A stretch of DNA of 62,194 nucleotides, counting the filler, from Chiloscyllium plagiosum (lineage: Eukaryota), in NCBI RefSeq assembly GCF_004010195.1. It is 4 parts of one record of this genome, joined end to end, with 100 filler letters (N's around TTAATTAATTAA, not from the genome) between each part and the next. Parts side by side here need not be neighbours in the genome. Positions count along the whole stretch, not along the records: positions 1 to 15,819 come from NC_057714.1; 3 more parts are not named here. The stretch is one strand, 5' to 3'. Below, piece by piece: positions 1 to 12,509 of this stretch. A program made the translations under genes and the position numbers. The number at the start of each line of letters is the position of its first letter. The first letter of the stretch is position 1. The notes below the pieces were generated by a model. It was not told the origin of the DNA, searched no databases, and saw nothing but the letters and a program-made list of their open reading frames with translations.

Positions 1-1850
1 GAGTATTTTGCATCAGTATTTACGTGGAAAAGGATATGGAAGATATAGACTGTAGGGAAATAGATGGTGACATCTTGAAAAATGTCCAGATTACAGAGGA
101 GGAAGTGCTGGATGTCTTGAAATGGTTAAAGGTGGATAAATCCCCAGGACCTGATCAGGTGTACCCGAGAACTCTGTGGGAAGCTAGAGAAGTGATTGCT
201 GGGCCTCTTGCTGAGATATTTGTATCATCGATAGTCACAGGTGCCAGAAGACTGGAGGTTGGATAGTGTGGTGTCACTGTTTAAGAAGGGCGGTAAGGGC
301 ATGCCAGGGAACTATAGACCAGTGATCCGGATGTCGGTTGTGGGCAAGTTGTTGGAGGGAATCCTGAGGCACAGGATGTACATGTATTTGGAAAGGCAAG
401 GACTGATCAGGGAGAGTCAACATGGCTTTGTGCGTGGGAAATCATGTCTCACAAACTTTATTGAGTTTTTTGAAGAACCTTGATTGAGGTTTTTGAAGAG
501 GTCTTTTTTTTTCTAAAACAGTATTTTAGAAAAAAAAAGTGGGCGGCATGGTTGCACAGTGGTTAGCACTGCTGCCTCACAGCGCCAGAGACCCGGGTTC
601 AATTCCCGCCTCAGGCGACTGACTGTGTGGAGTTTGCACATTCTCCCCGTGTCTGCGTGGGTTTCCTCCGGGTGCTCCGGTTTCCTCCCACAGTCCAAAG
701 ATGTGCAGGATCAGGTGAACTAGCCATACTAAAATGCCCATAGTGTTAGGTAAGGGGCAAATGTAGGGGTATGGGTGGGTTTCACTTCGGCGGGTCGGTG
801 TGGACTTGTTGGGCTGAAGGGCCTGTTTCCACACTGTAATCTAATCTAATCTAATCTAAAGTAACAAAGAGGATTGAAGAGGGCAGAGCAGTAGATGTGA
901 CCTATATTGACTTCAGTAAGGCGTTCGACAAGGTTCCCCATGGGAGACTGATTAGCAAGGTTAGAACTCACGGAATACAGGGAGAACTAGCCATTTGGTT
1001 ACAGAACTGGCTCAAAGATAGAAGACAGAGGGTGGTGGTGGAGGGTTGTTTTTCAGACTGGAGGCCTGTGACCAGTGGAGTGCCACAAGGATCGGTGCTG
1101 GGCCCTCTACTTTTTGTCATTTACATAAATGATTTGGATGCGAGCATAANNNNNNNNNNNNNNNNNNNNNNNNNNNNNNNNNNNNNNNNNNNNNNNNNNN
1201 NNNNNNNNNNNNNNNNNNNNNNNNNNNNNNNNNNNNNNNNNNNNNNNNNNNNNNNNNNNNNNNNNNNNNNNNNNNNNNNNNNNNNNNNNNNNNNNNNNNN
1301 NNNNNNNNNNNNNNNNNNNNNNNNNNNNNNNNNNNNNNNNNNNNNNNNNNNNNNNNNNNNNNNNNNNNNNNNNNNNNNNNNNNNNNNNNNNNNNNNNNNN
1401 NNNNNNNNNNNNNNNNNNNNNNNNNNNNNNNNNNNNNNNNNNNNNNNNNNNNNNNNNNNNNNNNNNNNNNNNNNNNNNNNNNNNNNNNNNNNNNNNNNNN
1501 NNNNNNNNNNNNNNNNNNNNNNNNNNNNNNNNNNNNNNNNNNNNNNNNNNNNNNNNNNNNNNNNNNNNNNNNNNNNNNNNNNNNNNNNNNNNNNNNNNNN
1601 NNNNNNNNNNNNNNNNNNNNNNNNNNNNNNNNNNNNNNNNNNNNNNNNNNNNNNNNNNNNNNNNNNNNNNNNNNNGTGGTGGAGGCTGGTACAATTGCAA
1701 CATTTAAGAGGCATTTGGATGGGTATATGAATAGAATGGGTTTGGAGGGATATAGGCCGGGTGCTGGCAGGTGGGACTAGATTGGGTTGGGATATCTGGT
1801 CAGCATGGACGGGTTGGACCGAAGGGTCTGTTTCCGTGCTTTACATCTTC
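1..1850 (+). mobile_element. CR1-type LINE ORF2 (RT) remnant, interrupted by a SINE and an N gap
   Basis: Peptides [66 protein letters not shown]1-type 3' tail near 1810-1845. Confidence 0.9.
540..858 (+). mobile_element. HE1-type tRNA-derived SINE
   Basis: Head GGGCGGCATGGTTGCACAGTGGTTAGCACTG...GGTTCAATTCC (Pol III A/B boxes), conserved core, LINE-like 3' end, (TAATC)n tail. Confidence 0.9.
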
Positions 1851-2589
1851 TAAGATCCCTTCTAAGATCATTGTCCTTTTCTCCATCTCTGACATCCAGA
1901 TTTCTATATGTGTCTGTCCGTGTGTGTGAAAGGGGGAGTCTGTGAAGAAATTAGAATTTTAACTGTTAGAGTTATATACTGATGGTTCACAATTGTTTAC
2001 CTGTAGCTAGAGTCTATTCATTGTAATACATAATTGTTCTTGATGTAGAGAAACTTGGTTTGGCCTTTCTGTCAACCTTGGGTTGGAAATCAGGTCGATT
2101 TGCATACTTATTTGGAAATGTTTTAACTCTTGTGGTGACTCTGGGAATAACAGGGCTTGATTTCTAGCATGTTACCCCAGTAAGTTCTGACAACTAATAT
2201 ATTTGAATTTTCAAAAGGTGTTTGATAAACTACCACACATTAGGCTACATAATAAGGTAAGAGCCTATGGTGTTGCAAGTTGGACATTTTGGCATGGAGA
2301 GAGGTTTGGCTAATGACTAAAAGACAGATGAACGGTCATTTTCAGGCTGGCAACCTGTAATAAATAGAGTGTGACAGGGACCAATGCTGGGGCCATAATT
2401 GTTTCCAGTACCTGTATGATATCACCAAGTTGAGGAGATAATTGCTGAAGATGACCCCAAGGTCAGAACCTCACTGGAGCCTGAGCAATGTGGGCTCTGG
2501 AGCCTGAGCAATGTGGGCTCTTGTGAGACATGTGGCAGAATCACTCTCAGCAAACCTCCCGACTGCACATGTCTCAGTAAGAGCAATCA

Positions 2590-2935
2590 CAGTGGTGGAC
2601 GGTGTCAGTAACAGAGCTACCAAGCAGCACCTGCTCAGCAATAACCTGCTCAGTGACGCCCAGTTTGGGTTCCCCCAGGGTCACTCACCTCCTGACCTCA
2701 TTACAGCCTTGGGTCAAACATGGACAAAAGAGCTGAATTCCAGAGAGGAGGGGAGAGGGACAGCCCTTGGCATCAAGGCTGCATTTGACTGAATGTGGCA
2801 TCAAGGAGCCCGGGCAAAACTGGAATCAATGGGTATCGGTGGAGGGGTCTCTCCATTGGTTGGAGTCACACCTGACACATAAGAAGATGTTGTGGTTGTG
2901 GAGGTCACCCATCTCAGCTCCAGGACATCTCTGCA
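2590..2935 (+). mobile_element. Non-LTR LINE RT fragment (second family, 'AAFDRVWHQG' type)
   Basis: LLSDAQFGF..GHS..DLI...ALGIKAAFD; family recurs at 8930-9500, 50270-51470, 55940-57460. Confidence 0.75.
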
Positions 2936-3639
2936 GTCTGTAGCAGTCTGTTTATTTCTCTCATGATGGTCCCCTCACCAACTGCCACAGACCCATTCCA
3001 GCAGCTATGTCCTTGAGGACCTGACCAGCTCAATCAGTAATGCTGTTGCCAAGCCACTCTTGGAGACAGACATTGAAATCCCCCAACCAGGGACATTTTG
3101 TTCCGTTGCCACCCTCAGTCCATCCTCTCAGTGATGTTCGTGATTTGGAGGTGCCGGCCTTGGACTGATGTGGATAAAGTCAGAAGTCACAAAACACCAG
3201 CTTGTAGTTCAACAGGTTTATTTGCAATCAAGCTTTCGGAGCGCTGCCCCTTCATCAGGTGTGGTTCAGCATGAGGGGGCAGTGATTCATCAGCCAAGGG
3301 AGGATGGCATGTAACAAATCAGCAGGAGGTTTCCTTACCTATGTTTTACCTGATATCAGGAAACTTCATGATGTTTGGGAGAGTCCAGTGTTGAGGACCC
3401 ACAAGGCAACTCCCTGCTGACTGTGCCATCCCCTCACCTGACGATGGGACAGACGTATCCAGGGATGGTGATGGTGGTGTCTGGGACATTATATGAAGAA
3501 TTTGTGTGAAATAGATTTTGGTGACAAATTGTGATCTTGTGGATTTTAGGAATTAGTGGTCATTGTGATGGGTCAGGTGAGCAGTTGGAAGGGCAGTTTT
3601 CAGCCAGTTTGAGCCAAACAGCAGAGATGAGAGCGTCAA

Positions 3640-4440
3640 AGAACAAAGAAAATTCCAGCACAGGAACAGGCCCTTCGGCCCTCCAAGTTTACACTAATCC
3701 AGATCCTCTACCTAAACCTGACGCCTATTTTCTAAGGATCTGTATCCCTCTGCTCCTTGCCCATTCATATATCTGTCTAAATCCATCTTAAATGATGCGA
3801 TGGTGCCTGCTTCCAACATCTCCGCTGGCAACGCCTTCCATAGAACACAGAACATTCTAGCGCAGTACAGGCCCAATCTGAAGCCCATCTAACCTACACT
3901 ATTCCATTATCATCCATATGTCTATCCAATAACCATTTAAATGCCAGTAAAGTTAGTGAGTCTACTACGCCCCTGTTACTCTCTGAGTCAAGAAACCAGC
4001 TCTGACATCTGTCCTATATCTATCACCCCTCAGTTTAAAGCTATGTCCCCTCGTGCTAGCCATTACCATCCGAGGAAAAAGGCTCTCACTGTCCACCCTA
4101 TCTAACCCTCTGATTATCTTACATGTCTCAATAAAGTCACCTCTCAACCTTCTTCTCTCTAACGAAAACAGCCTCATGTTCGTCAGCCTTTCCTCATAAG
4201 ACCTTCCCTTCATTCAAGGTAACATCCTAGTAAATCTCCTCTGAACCCTTTCCAAAGCTTCCACATCCTTCCTGTAATGTGGTGACCAGAACTGTACACC
4301 ATGTGCGGTCGCACCAGAGTTGTGTACAGCTGCAACATGACCTCATTGCCCTGAAACTCAGTCCCTCTACCAATAAAAACTAACACACCGTATACCTTCT
4401 TAACAACCCTATCAACTTGGCTGGGGACCTGATGTGCAGC
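3640..4440 (-). mobile_element. CR1-type LINE 3' fragments
   Basis: YEERL..MRLFSLERRRLRGD, TRGHSFKL, LYTTLVRPH motifs. Confidence 0.85.
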
Positions 4441-4519
4441 CAGTTCTTTACCCATCTAGCTAGTACATCCTGGACCCCAGGCGCTTTCACTTTCTCCATC
4501 AGCCAACCATCAGATGGTG

Positions 4520-5102
4520 TGTGCTGAGGGAGTGCCGCACTGTCGGAGGGTCAGTGCTGAGGGAGTGCCGCACTGTCGGAGGGTCAGTGCTGAGGGAGTG
4601 CCGCACTGTTGGATGGTGAAACGCAGAATCAAGTCTGTATCGAGGACAGTAGACAGTGCCCTCGAAGTTCTCAGTTGCTGATGGGAGAAACAGTCTCCTG
4701 CTTTTGCGAACAGGAAGGTTGTCTCTGAATTGAGGTTGTCGGTTCGCGGCCCATTTCATGAGATTTACAGTACACAGATATACTCCACAACCACCTGATG
4801 AAGGAGCAGTGCTCAGAAAGCTAGTGCTTCCAAATAAACCTGTTGGACTATAACCTGGTGTTGTGTGATTTTTAACTTAACACTCATCAAGGTGGTCTTG
4901 GGAGTGCTGAACTGTCAGAGGGGCAGCACCGAGGGAGCATCACACTGTTGAAGGGTGAGCACTGATGGAGTGCCGCACTGTCAGAGGATCAGTACTGAGG
5001 GACTGTCGCACTGTCAGAGGGTCAGTGCTGAGGGAGTGCCACACTGTCGGAGGGTCAGTACTGAGGGAGTGCCGCACTGTCGGAGGGTCAGTGCTGAGGG
5101 AG
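4520..5102 (+). repeat. 33-bp minisatellite (CAGTGCTGAGGGAGTGCCGCACTGTCGGAGGGT), two clusters
   Basis: Tandem units at ~4520-4615 and ~4900-5102; 11-aa periodic ORF RECRTVGGSVL. Confidence 0.9.
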
Positions 5103-5164
5103 GTCCCTGTCCATAAACCCCTTGTGAAAGGTCACTACTATAACACAAATCCCACTCAGGTTTC

Positions 5165-5480
5165 CTACACTATGGAAAGAGGCCCTTTGGCCCAACAAGT
5201 CCACACCAACCCTCTGAAGAGTAACCTACCAGACCCATTCCCCTACCCTATATTTACTCCTGACTCATGCACCTAACACTACAGGCAATTTCCCATGGTC
5301 AATTCACCTGACCTGCACATCTTTGGACTGTGGGAGGAAACCGGAGCACCCGCAGGAAACCCACGCAGACACAGGGAGAATGTGCAAACTTCACACAGAC
5401 AGTCACCCAAGGGTGGATCTGAACTTGGGTCCCTGGTGCTGTGAGACAGCAGTGCTAACCACTGAGCCACCGTGCCACCC
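5165..5480 (-). mobile_element. HE1-type SINE
   Basis: Reverse complement of the SINE at 540-858. Confidence 0.85.
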
Positions 5481-6425
5481 TTTGCTGATCGCTCCTGTAG
5501 GTGACATTATTGACCCTGTGCCATCAGCTCATGGACTGTTGGCCTCAGGACCTTCCCTCCCTCTTACCACTGCCTGCTAGGTGCTTTTGAATATGTTCTG
5601 TTCTCCCTACGCTACTTGCCCTGGTCTGCGGGCCCCCTGCATTCACATCTCACCCCCCCCCCCCCCCCCCCCCCACCCCCACCACCACCACCCCTAATCT
5701 CCTGGCTGTATCTCCAGTGCTCACCGTGGGTTGTGGTGGAACTACTGGACATTAATCCGACCACAAGGAGGAGGGGGCTGACAACAGAGACATGGGAACA
5801 CCACCCCCTGCAAGTTCCCCTCCAAGCCACTCGCCATCCTGACCTGGAAATATATCATTGTTCCTTCCTTCAGTGTCACTGGGTCAAAATCCTGGAATTC
5901 CCTCCCTCAGGGCATTGTGGGTCAACCAACAGCACGTGGACTGCAGCGGTTCAAGAAGGCGGCTCACCCCCACCTTCTCAAGGGGCAACTAGGGATGGGC
6001 AATAAATACTGGCTCAGCTAATGACACCCAGCTCCTGTGTAAAATGAATAACTAGCCTCTGTGAAACCTGTGCTCTTTCTGTTCCACCTCGTCAATCTCA
6101 CTCCTTTCCTGATATATTCTTGGACTGGACCAGCAACTTTCCGTGTCACTGGGAGCCTGACAGAGCAGAATGGGTTAACACTTCATCCACTGGTTTAGGG
6201 CGGTGCCTCTTTCTCTGGCTTCATCCCTCTGTTTGCTTTCCAAATATTTTCAAGAAACAGCCTCCAATTTTCCACGTGGACCAGACAATAACTCCTGCCT
6301 CCCGTCCCAGTTGTGATCACATTCTTGCAGCCTTCCACTGGCACAGCAGCACACGAAGGGTTAACACATTTTGGGGTGGGGAGGGCCGGAGCTGTGGGAA
6401 ACACTGCTTGGGGACCGTCTAGAGA

Positions 6426-6585
6426 ATGTCTGTCACTGTCCCCAATATTACACTCGATTCTGGATGGTTGCAGTTCCTCTGTGTCTCGGGCCTAGTCTCC
6501 TTCACTCTGACTGTCTGGCTCATCTTTCTGTTGTGTGGCTTGAGGAGCGAACATCAGGAGCACATCTGGATCAGTACCTGGACAG
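6426..6585 (+). CDS. Candidate host gene, first coding exon (N-terminal hydrophobic segment)
   Basis: ATG 6426, MSVTVPNITLDSGWLQFLCVSGLVSFTLTVWLIFLLCG...; donor CAG|GTAAGA at 6585/6586 (phase 1); non-repeat context. Confidence 0.45.
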
Positions 6586-7344
6586 GTAAGAGAGAGAGAG
6601 AGGGAGGGACGGGGCATGGGGCAGGAGGACGAAGCTCGGGCAATGAAAAAGTGAGGGAGGAACTGACAGAGAAAAGGCAAGCACCTGACTGGAAATAGGA
6701 GTGAGTGTGTTACCTGCTCTGTGAATGAAGACAGGATTCTTTATACCGAGAATGATGCTCGCTTCAGACATGAACGAGGGAGAAAGGTAATTTGCTGCCT
6801 GTCGATCGATAAGGTCTGGGCCCCCGTTGGATCCTGCAGTTAGACTCTGGTGTCAGAGGGAGGCCTCAGAGACCAGGCAATGCACAGCAAACAGTCACCA
6901 TCCAAAAGATCAGACAGCATCAAGCTGGACAAGAAATCAGCTCGTCTCTCTCTCTCTCTCTCCTCATCACAGATTCAGCAGCACACACAGACAAAAGCAT
7001 GTGTACCTTCCGCTTGGCCACTTCAGTCCCTACTCTCTCCTCACTGCTGTGTACAGTGAGCCCAGGGTCACACCAGCCTCCCCAGACCAGCACATGGGGA
7101 AACTCAGCCCAGCTCCAACTCTAGCGCAGAACCCCTCCCTCATTCCAAGGCAAAAATCAGAGGCTAAGGCACAAGAGGCACAGTCTTCTCAAACCCCACA
7201 TTCTCAGAAAATGCACAACCGACTGGGATTTCTGAGAATTCAGCTCCAATCATGACATAGCCACGCTTTCTAACTCCCACAACCACACCCACCACTAAAA
7301 ACATCTTACAGGGAGCAGGGAGTCACTCTGTGAATGTTACCAAC

Positions 7345-8390
7345 AAGTTCAGAGGGACCTTGGGCTGTTTGTCCACAGATCCCTGAAGGTGGCAGGGCAG
7401 GTTAATGGGGTGGTTAAGAAGGCACAAGGAACACTTGCCTTTCCCAGTCATGGCACAGATTATAAGAACAGGGAGGTTATGTTGGAGCTATGCAGGACTT
7501 TGGTTAAATCACAGCTGGAATGTGAAGTCATACTGAGATTACTTTTTTACAGTGTGGAAACAGGCCCTTCGGCCCAACAAGTCCACACCGACCTGCAAAC
7601 CACCCAGACCAATTCCCCTACATTTGCCCCTTCACCTAACACTACAGGGCAACTTAGCATGGCCAATTCACCTGACCTGCACATCTTTGGTCTGTGGAAG
7701 GAAACCAGAGCATCCGGAGGAAACCCACGCAGACACGGGGAGAATGTGCAAACTTCACACAGACAGTCACCTGAGGTGGGAACTGAACCCGGGTCTCTGG
7801 CGCTGTGAGGCAGCAGTGTTAATCACTGTGCCACCGTGCAGCCCACTATAGTGCCGTTCTGGTCTCAGCACGATAGGAGGGGTCTGATTGCACTGGAAAC
7901 GGTGTAGAAGAGATTCACCAGGATGTTGCCTGGGATGGAGCATATTTACTATGAAGAGAGGCTGGATAAGCTCAGGTTGTTTTCTTTGGAGCAGAAAAGA
8001 TTGAGGGAGGACTTGACAGAGGTGTATAAGATTCTGAGGGGCATGGACAGGGTGGATAGGAAGCAGCAGTTCCCCTTAGACGAAGGGTCAATGACAAGGG
8101 AGTATAATTTTAGGGTGTAAGGCAGGAGGTTCAGTGGGGATTTGAGAGGTTTATCACCCAGAGAATGTCTGGAATGTATTGCTGGGGTTTGGGGGGGGGG
8201 GGGGGAGGTGGGTGGGTATTGGTGGTGGTAGTTGAGTTGGGATATCTCACAATCTTTAAAATAGATGTGGTTAAGCAATTGAAATGTCATAACATTCAAG
8301 GCTATGAGCCTAGTGCTGGAAAGTGGGACTAAGTGGGTTTGGCAGAACGGACTTGATGGGCCGAAAAGCGTCCTCTTTACTGTATGATCC
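7345..8390 (+). mobile_element. CR1-type LINE 3' part with a nested minus-strand HE1 SINE (~7537-7845)
   Basis: VMLELCRTLVKSQLE, MLPGMEH..YEERLDKLRLFSLE; SINE consensus inside. Confidence 0.85.
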
Positions 8391-8429
8391 TGGGAACAGT
8401 TTCAAGTACAGAGTAAAGCTCTGCCTATA

Positions 8430-8790
8430 CAGTAGCGCCTCGACTTACGGACTTAATCTGTTCCGGGACCAGGTTCGCGAACTGAATCAATTTTTCCCAT
8501 TGTTTGATCCCTGGTCCCGGATAGCGTAAGAATGCTTGGACGGCTGTTCACAGCGCACGCGCCAAAGACGAACTGAATGAGATCACACGGAGCCCGAGAG
8601 CTTTTGCGTTCAACAAGCGCGTAGCAAAGCAGAACAATGAAACCACATGGTCGCACACAGGCTTATTGCGTTCGTACCTTCGTTCGTACCTTGAATTTCG
8701 TACGTATGTTGAAGCAAAATTTTACGTACAATCCTGTTCATAAACTGCTTTGTTCGTGAATGGGGTTGTTCGTATGTCGAGGTGCTACTG
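8430..8790. mobile_element. Tc1/mariner (Tigger/pogo-like) non-autonomous MITE
   Basis: TIRs CAGTAGCGCCTCGACTTACG / CGTATGTCGAGGTGCTACTG with TA on both sides (8428-8429, 8791-8792). Confidence 0.85.
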
Positions 8791-8929
8791 TACCTCCATT
8801 TCAAACACTCCCAGGACAGGTACAGCACAGGGTTATATAAAGACTAAAGTTCTTTTAAACCAAAAGCAAAGCTCTCACGACACATTCTCGTTTAAATCCT
8901 CTCAGGACAGGTACAGCACAGGGTTAAAA

Positions 8930-9500
8930 GAAGTGAATTTCAGAGATAAAGTGAGAGGGACAACTCTTAACATCAAGGCTGCATTTGACCGAGTGTGGCA
9001 TCAAGGAGCCCTGGCAAAACTGGACTCACTGGGTATCAGGGGGCAAACTCTCCACGGGTTGGAGTCTACCTGACACATAGAAAGATGGTCGTGGTTCTGG
9101 GATGTCAGTCATCTCAGCTCCAGGACACCTCTGCAGGAGTCCCTCAGCATGGTGTCCTAGGCCCAACCATCTTCAGCTGCTTCATCAATGACCTTCCCTT
9201 CGTCATAAGGTCAGAAGTGGGGATGTTTGCCAATGATTGTACAATGTTCAGCACCATTCGGAACACCTCAGCTACTGAAGCAGTTCATGCTCAAATGTAA
9301 CAAAATCTGGACGATATCCAGACTTGGGCTGACAAGTAGTAAATAATGTTCACACCACACAAATGCCAGGCAATGATCATCTCTAATAAGAAACAATCTA
9401 ATATCTCCCCTTGACAATCAATGATGTTACCATTACTGAATCCACCACTATCAATATCCTGGGGATTACCATTGATCAGAAACTCAACTGGACTTGCCAT
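8930..9500 (+). mobile_element. LINE RT fragment (AAFDRVWHQG family)
   Basis: IKAAFDRVWHQGALAKL, GVPQHGVLGPTIFSCFINDL, FANDCT. Confidence 0.85.
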
Positions 9501-9539
9501 ATATTTACTATAACGTTGTCCCAATTGATATAGGGATAA

Positions 9540-10030
9540 CTAACAAGGAGGTACAGTGCAGGTTTACCAGGACGCTGCCTGGAATGGAGCACTTGAGCTA
9601 CAAGGAGAGACTAACTAGGCTTGGATAGGCTAGGAGAAGACTGAGGGGGGACATGATTGAGGTGTATAAGATTATGATGGGTTTGAACAGGGTGAACAGA
9701 GAGCAGCTGTTTCCCTTTCCCCTTCATTGAGGGGTCAATCACGAAGGGGCATAGTTTTAGGGTAAAGAACAGGAGATTCAGAGGGGTTTTGGGCAAAAAA
9801 AAACAATTTCACTCAGGGTGGTGGGAGTCTGGAATGCACTAACTGGGAAGGTAGTGGAAACTGGACATCTTACAACCTTTTAAAAATAATATTTGGATGA
9901 GTACTTGAAATATCATAACATTCAAGGATATGGGACAAGTGCAGTACATTGGGATTGGTGCAATTTTATTAGTAGTTATGTCAATGCAGACTTGAAAGAT
10001 CAAAGGGATTTTTCTGCTCTGTATGAACCT
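9540..10030 (+). mobile_element. CR1-type LINE 3' end
   Basis: Similar to the CR1 3' end at 7900-8390. Confidence 0.7.
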
Positions 10031-10080
10031 ATGAAATCCAAGACCATTGTCTTTAAAATAGTTTATTTCTTATTTTACAG

Positions 10081-10121
10081 GAATTGGTGAGAGGAAATTA
10101 AAGAGCAAGAGTAAAGTTGAG
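10081..10121 (+). CDS. Candidate host gene, coding exon 2 (41 nt)
   Basis: Acceptor TTTCTTATTTTACAG, donor GAG|GTAAGG; continues exon 1 frame without a stop: (G)IGERKLKSKSKVE. Confidence 0.45.
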
Positions 10122-10389
10122 GTAAGGTTCAGATTGACAGCCTGGCTCTGGGCTGAACTCTCACTGGAATGGTCGGTGTGATAGTGGGCAGTGACCATCA
10201 GCAGAAACAGAACAAGTGACCACCACAATGGGAAACCATCTGATTGCATACCCTCGGTGGGGTTCTGTATCAAGAAGCTGCAGAAACTACGGAGTACAAC
10301 TTGACTGCTTAAAAGTTTTAAAAATTTCTCGCTATGCAGCTTTGCAGCGATGCTTCCCAAACATATGCCCAGTTGGGTTTCAATAGGGT

Positions 10390-12500
10390 AGTTATCATGC
10401 TGCCAATGTGCAACTCTGCTAGTGGATCGAAGAAACACAAAACCAACAATATGGGAATGTATGAGGTTATGCACTTTGTTTGGAAGAATAGGGGTGTAGA
10501 CTATTTTCTGAATAGGGAAAGGCTTCAGAAATCTGAAGCACAAAGAGACTAGTTCAGGATAGTCTTAAGGTTAACATGTAGGTTCAGTTGGCAGTTAAGA
10601 AGGCATTCATTTTGAGAGGGCTAGAAAATAAAAACAGCGATGTTTTGTATATTGCTGAGGCCATATAAGGCTCTGGTCAGACAGCATTTGGAACATTGCG
10701 AGCAGCTTTGAGCACTCTGCTGAAGGAAGGATGTGCTGGTGTTGGAGGGCGTCCAGTGGAGGTTTGGAAGAATGATCCTGGGGATGAAGGGTTTGTCACA
10801 TGGGGAGCAATTGAGGGCTCTGGGAGGATGGGGGGTGGGGAAATCTTACTGGACCTTGCAGAATAAGGCCTTGGTAGAGTGGATGTGGAGAATATATTTC
10901 AACAGTAGGTGAGACCAGGACCTGGGGGCACAGCCTCAGATGAAAGGGACGACCCTTTAGAACCAAGATGATGAGGAATTTCTTCAGCCAGAGGGTGTTA
11001 AATCTGTGGAACTTCTTGCTGCAGAGGGCTGTGAGGCCAAGTCATTGAGTGTGTTTAAGACAGATAGATAGGTTCTTGGTTATAAGGGGATCAAGGGTTA
11101 TGGGGAGAAGGCAGGAGAATGGGGTTGAGAACCATATCAGCCCTGATTGAATGGCAGAACAGGCTTGATGGGCCAAATGGCCTAATTCTGCTTTTATAGT
11201 CTTATCACAATTGAGATGAACATTGACATAAGCAATCTGATAAAGGCAAATTGCCATTGAACGTTGGAAAAGCAGTAGGCCTTAGCTAGTCCACAGTTGA
11301 ATCTATTTTAAAGGACAGTGCACGCATTCCGGGACAGTGAAGGGCTCGATACTGCTGAAGGCAACAGTAACTCCGAAGCTAAGGAGTGGACTTGTGATAG
11401 GAATGGAAAAACTGTCAATTGTTAATCCTGAGGACAGCATTAATGTTGGTTACCATAAAGCTTATTCAAGAAAAAGCAAGACTTAAAATCTCAGTGTAGT
11501 GGCGAAAGTGATCGTGAAGGTTTCATTGCTAGTTGAGGTTGGTTTATTAGATTTAAAGGGAGGGTAAATTTGCACAACATTAAAATACAAAGGGAAGCTG
11601 GTAGTGCTGATCTTGATGCAGCAAGCACATTTCCTGATGCTTTGACTGAAATATTTCAGAAAGGGGTGGGTACAATGTTGAACAAGTGTTCAGCATTGAT
11701 GAGACAAGGCTCTTTTAGAAGAAAATGATTCTGCTGGAAAAGCAGTCGGTCAGGCAGCATCTGAGGAGCAGGATAGTCGACGTGGGCGTAAACCCTTCAT
11801 CAGGAATGGGGAGGGGGCTGAGAGGTGGATAGGGACAGGGCTGTCGGGAGGGTAGGTGGGATGGGATGGAGGTTGGGGGGCATAATTGTGATAGTTTGGT
11901 GGGGATGGTGGAATGGATAGGTGGGAAGGAAGATGGACAGGTAAGCCAGGTCAGGAGGGTGGTGCCGAGTTGGAAGGTTGCATCTGGAATGAGGTTGGGC
12001 CCGGAGAGGTATGGGAAGTGATGAAGTCAGTGTTGATGCCGTGTAGTTGTAGGCTCCCGAGGTGGAAGATGAGGCGTTCTTCCTCCAGTTTGTGGGTGGT
12101 TTGGATTTGGTGGTGGAGGAGGCCCAGGACTTGCATGTCCTTGGTGCAGTGGGAGGGAGAGTTGAAGTAGTTGGTTGAAGGGTGGTGGTGTTGTTTGGTG
12201 CATGCAGACCAGAGATGTTTCCTGAACACTCCGCGAGTTGGCGTTCTGTCTGTCAAGGAGACCACATTGACAGCAACAGATATAATAAATGAGGTGGGTG
12301 GTTGTGCAGGAAAATCTCTGTTGGATGTGAAGTGATGCCCAACAAGTGTACATTGCTGAGGAGGAGGAGTCTAGGTCATGGCATAAATCTGCTCCAGAAA
12401 GCTTAACTCTGCTGCAAGGTGGTAATGCTACTGGTGATTGCCAGTTTAAGCCTATGCTTGTGCATTGTACTGAAAGTCCGAGAGTTTTCAAGGGAAAACA
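10390..12500 (+). mobile_element. Tigger/pogo transposase remnant, split by CR1 (~10450-11203) and Penelope (~11730-12345) insertions
   Basis: Decayed F.AS.GWF.RFK (~11520-11560), EQVFSIDET.LF.KKM (~11680-11730), LTLLQGGNATGDCQFKPMLVH...PRVFKG (12346-12500). Confidence 0.75.
11730..12345 (-). mobile_element. Penelope-like element 3' fragment (GIY-YIG endonuclease region plus pseudo-LTR)
   Basis: FSCTTTHLIYYICC.QCG, FNSPSH..DMQVLGLLH, KLEEERLIFHLGSLQ.HGIN.DF. Confidence 0.8.
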
Positions 12501-12509
12501 TCACTTCCA

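Noticed and set aside
540..615. tRNA-like sequences as tRNA genes
   Set aside because: They are SINE heads, always followed by the SINE core and tail.
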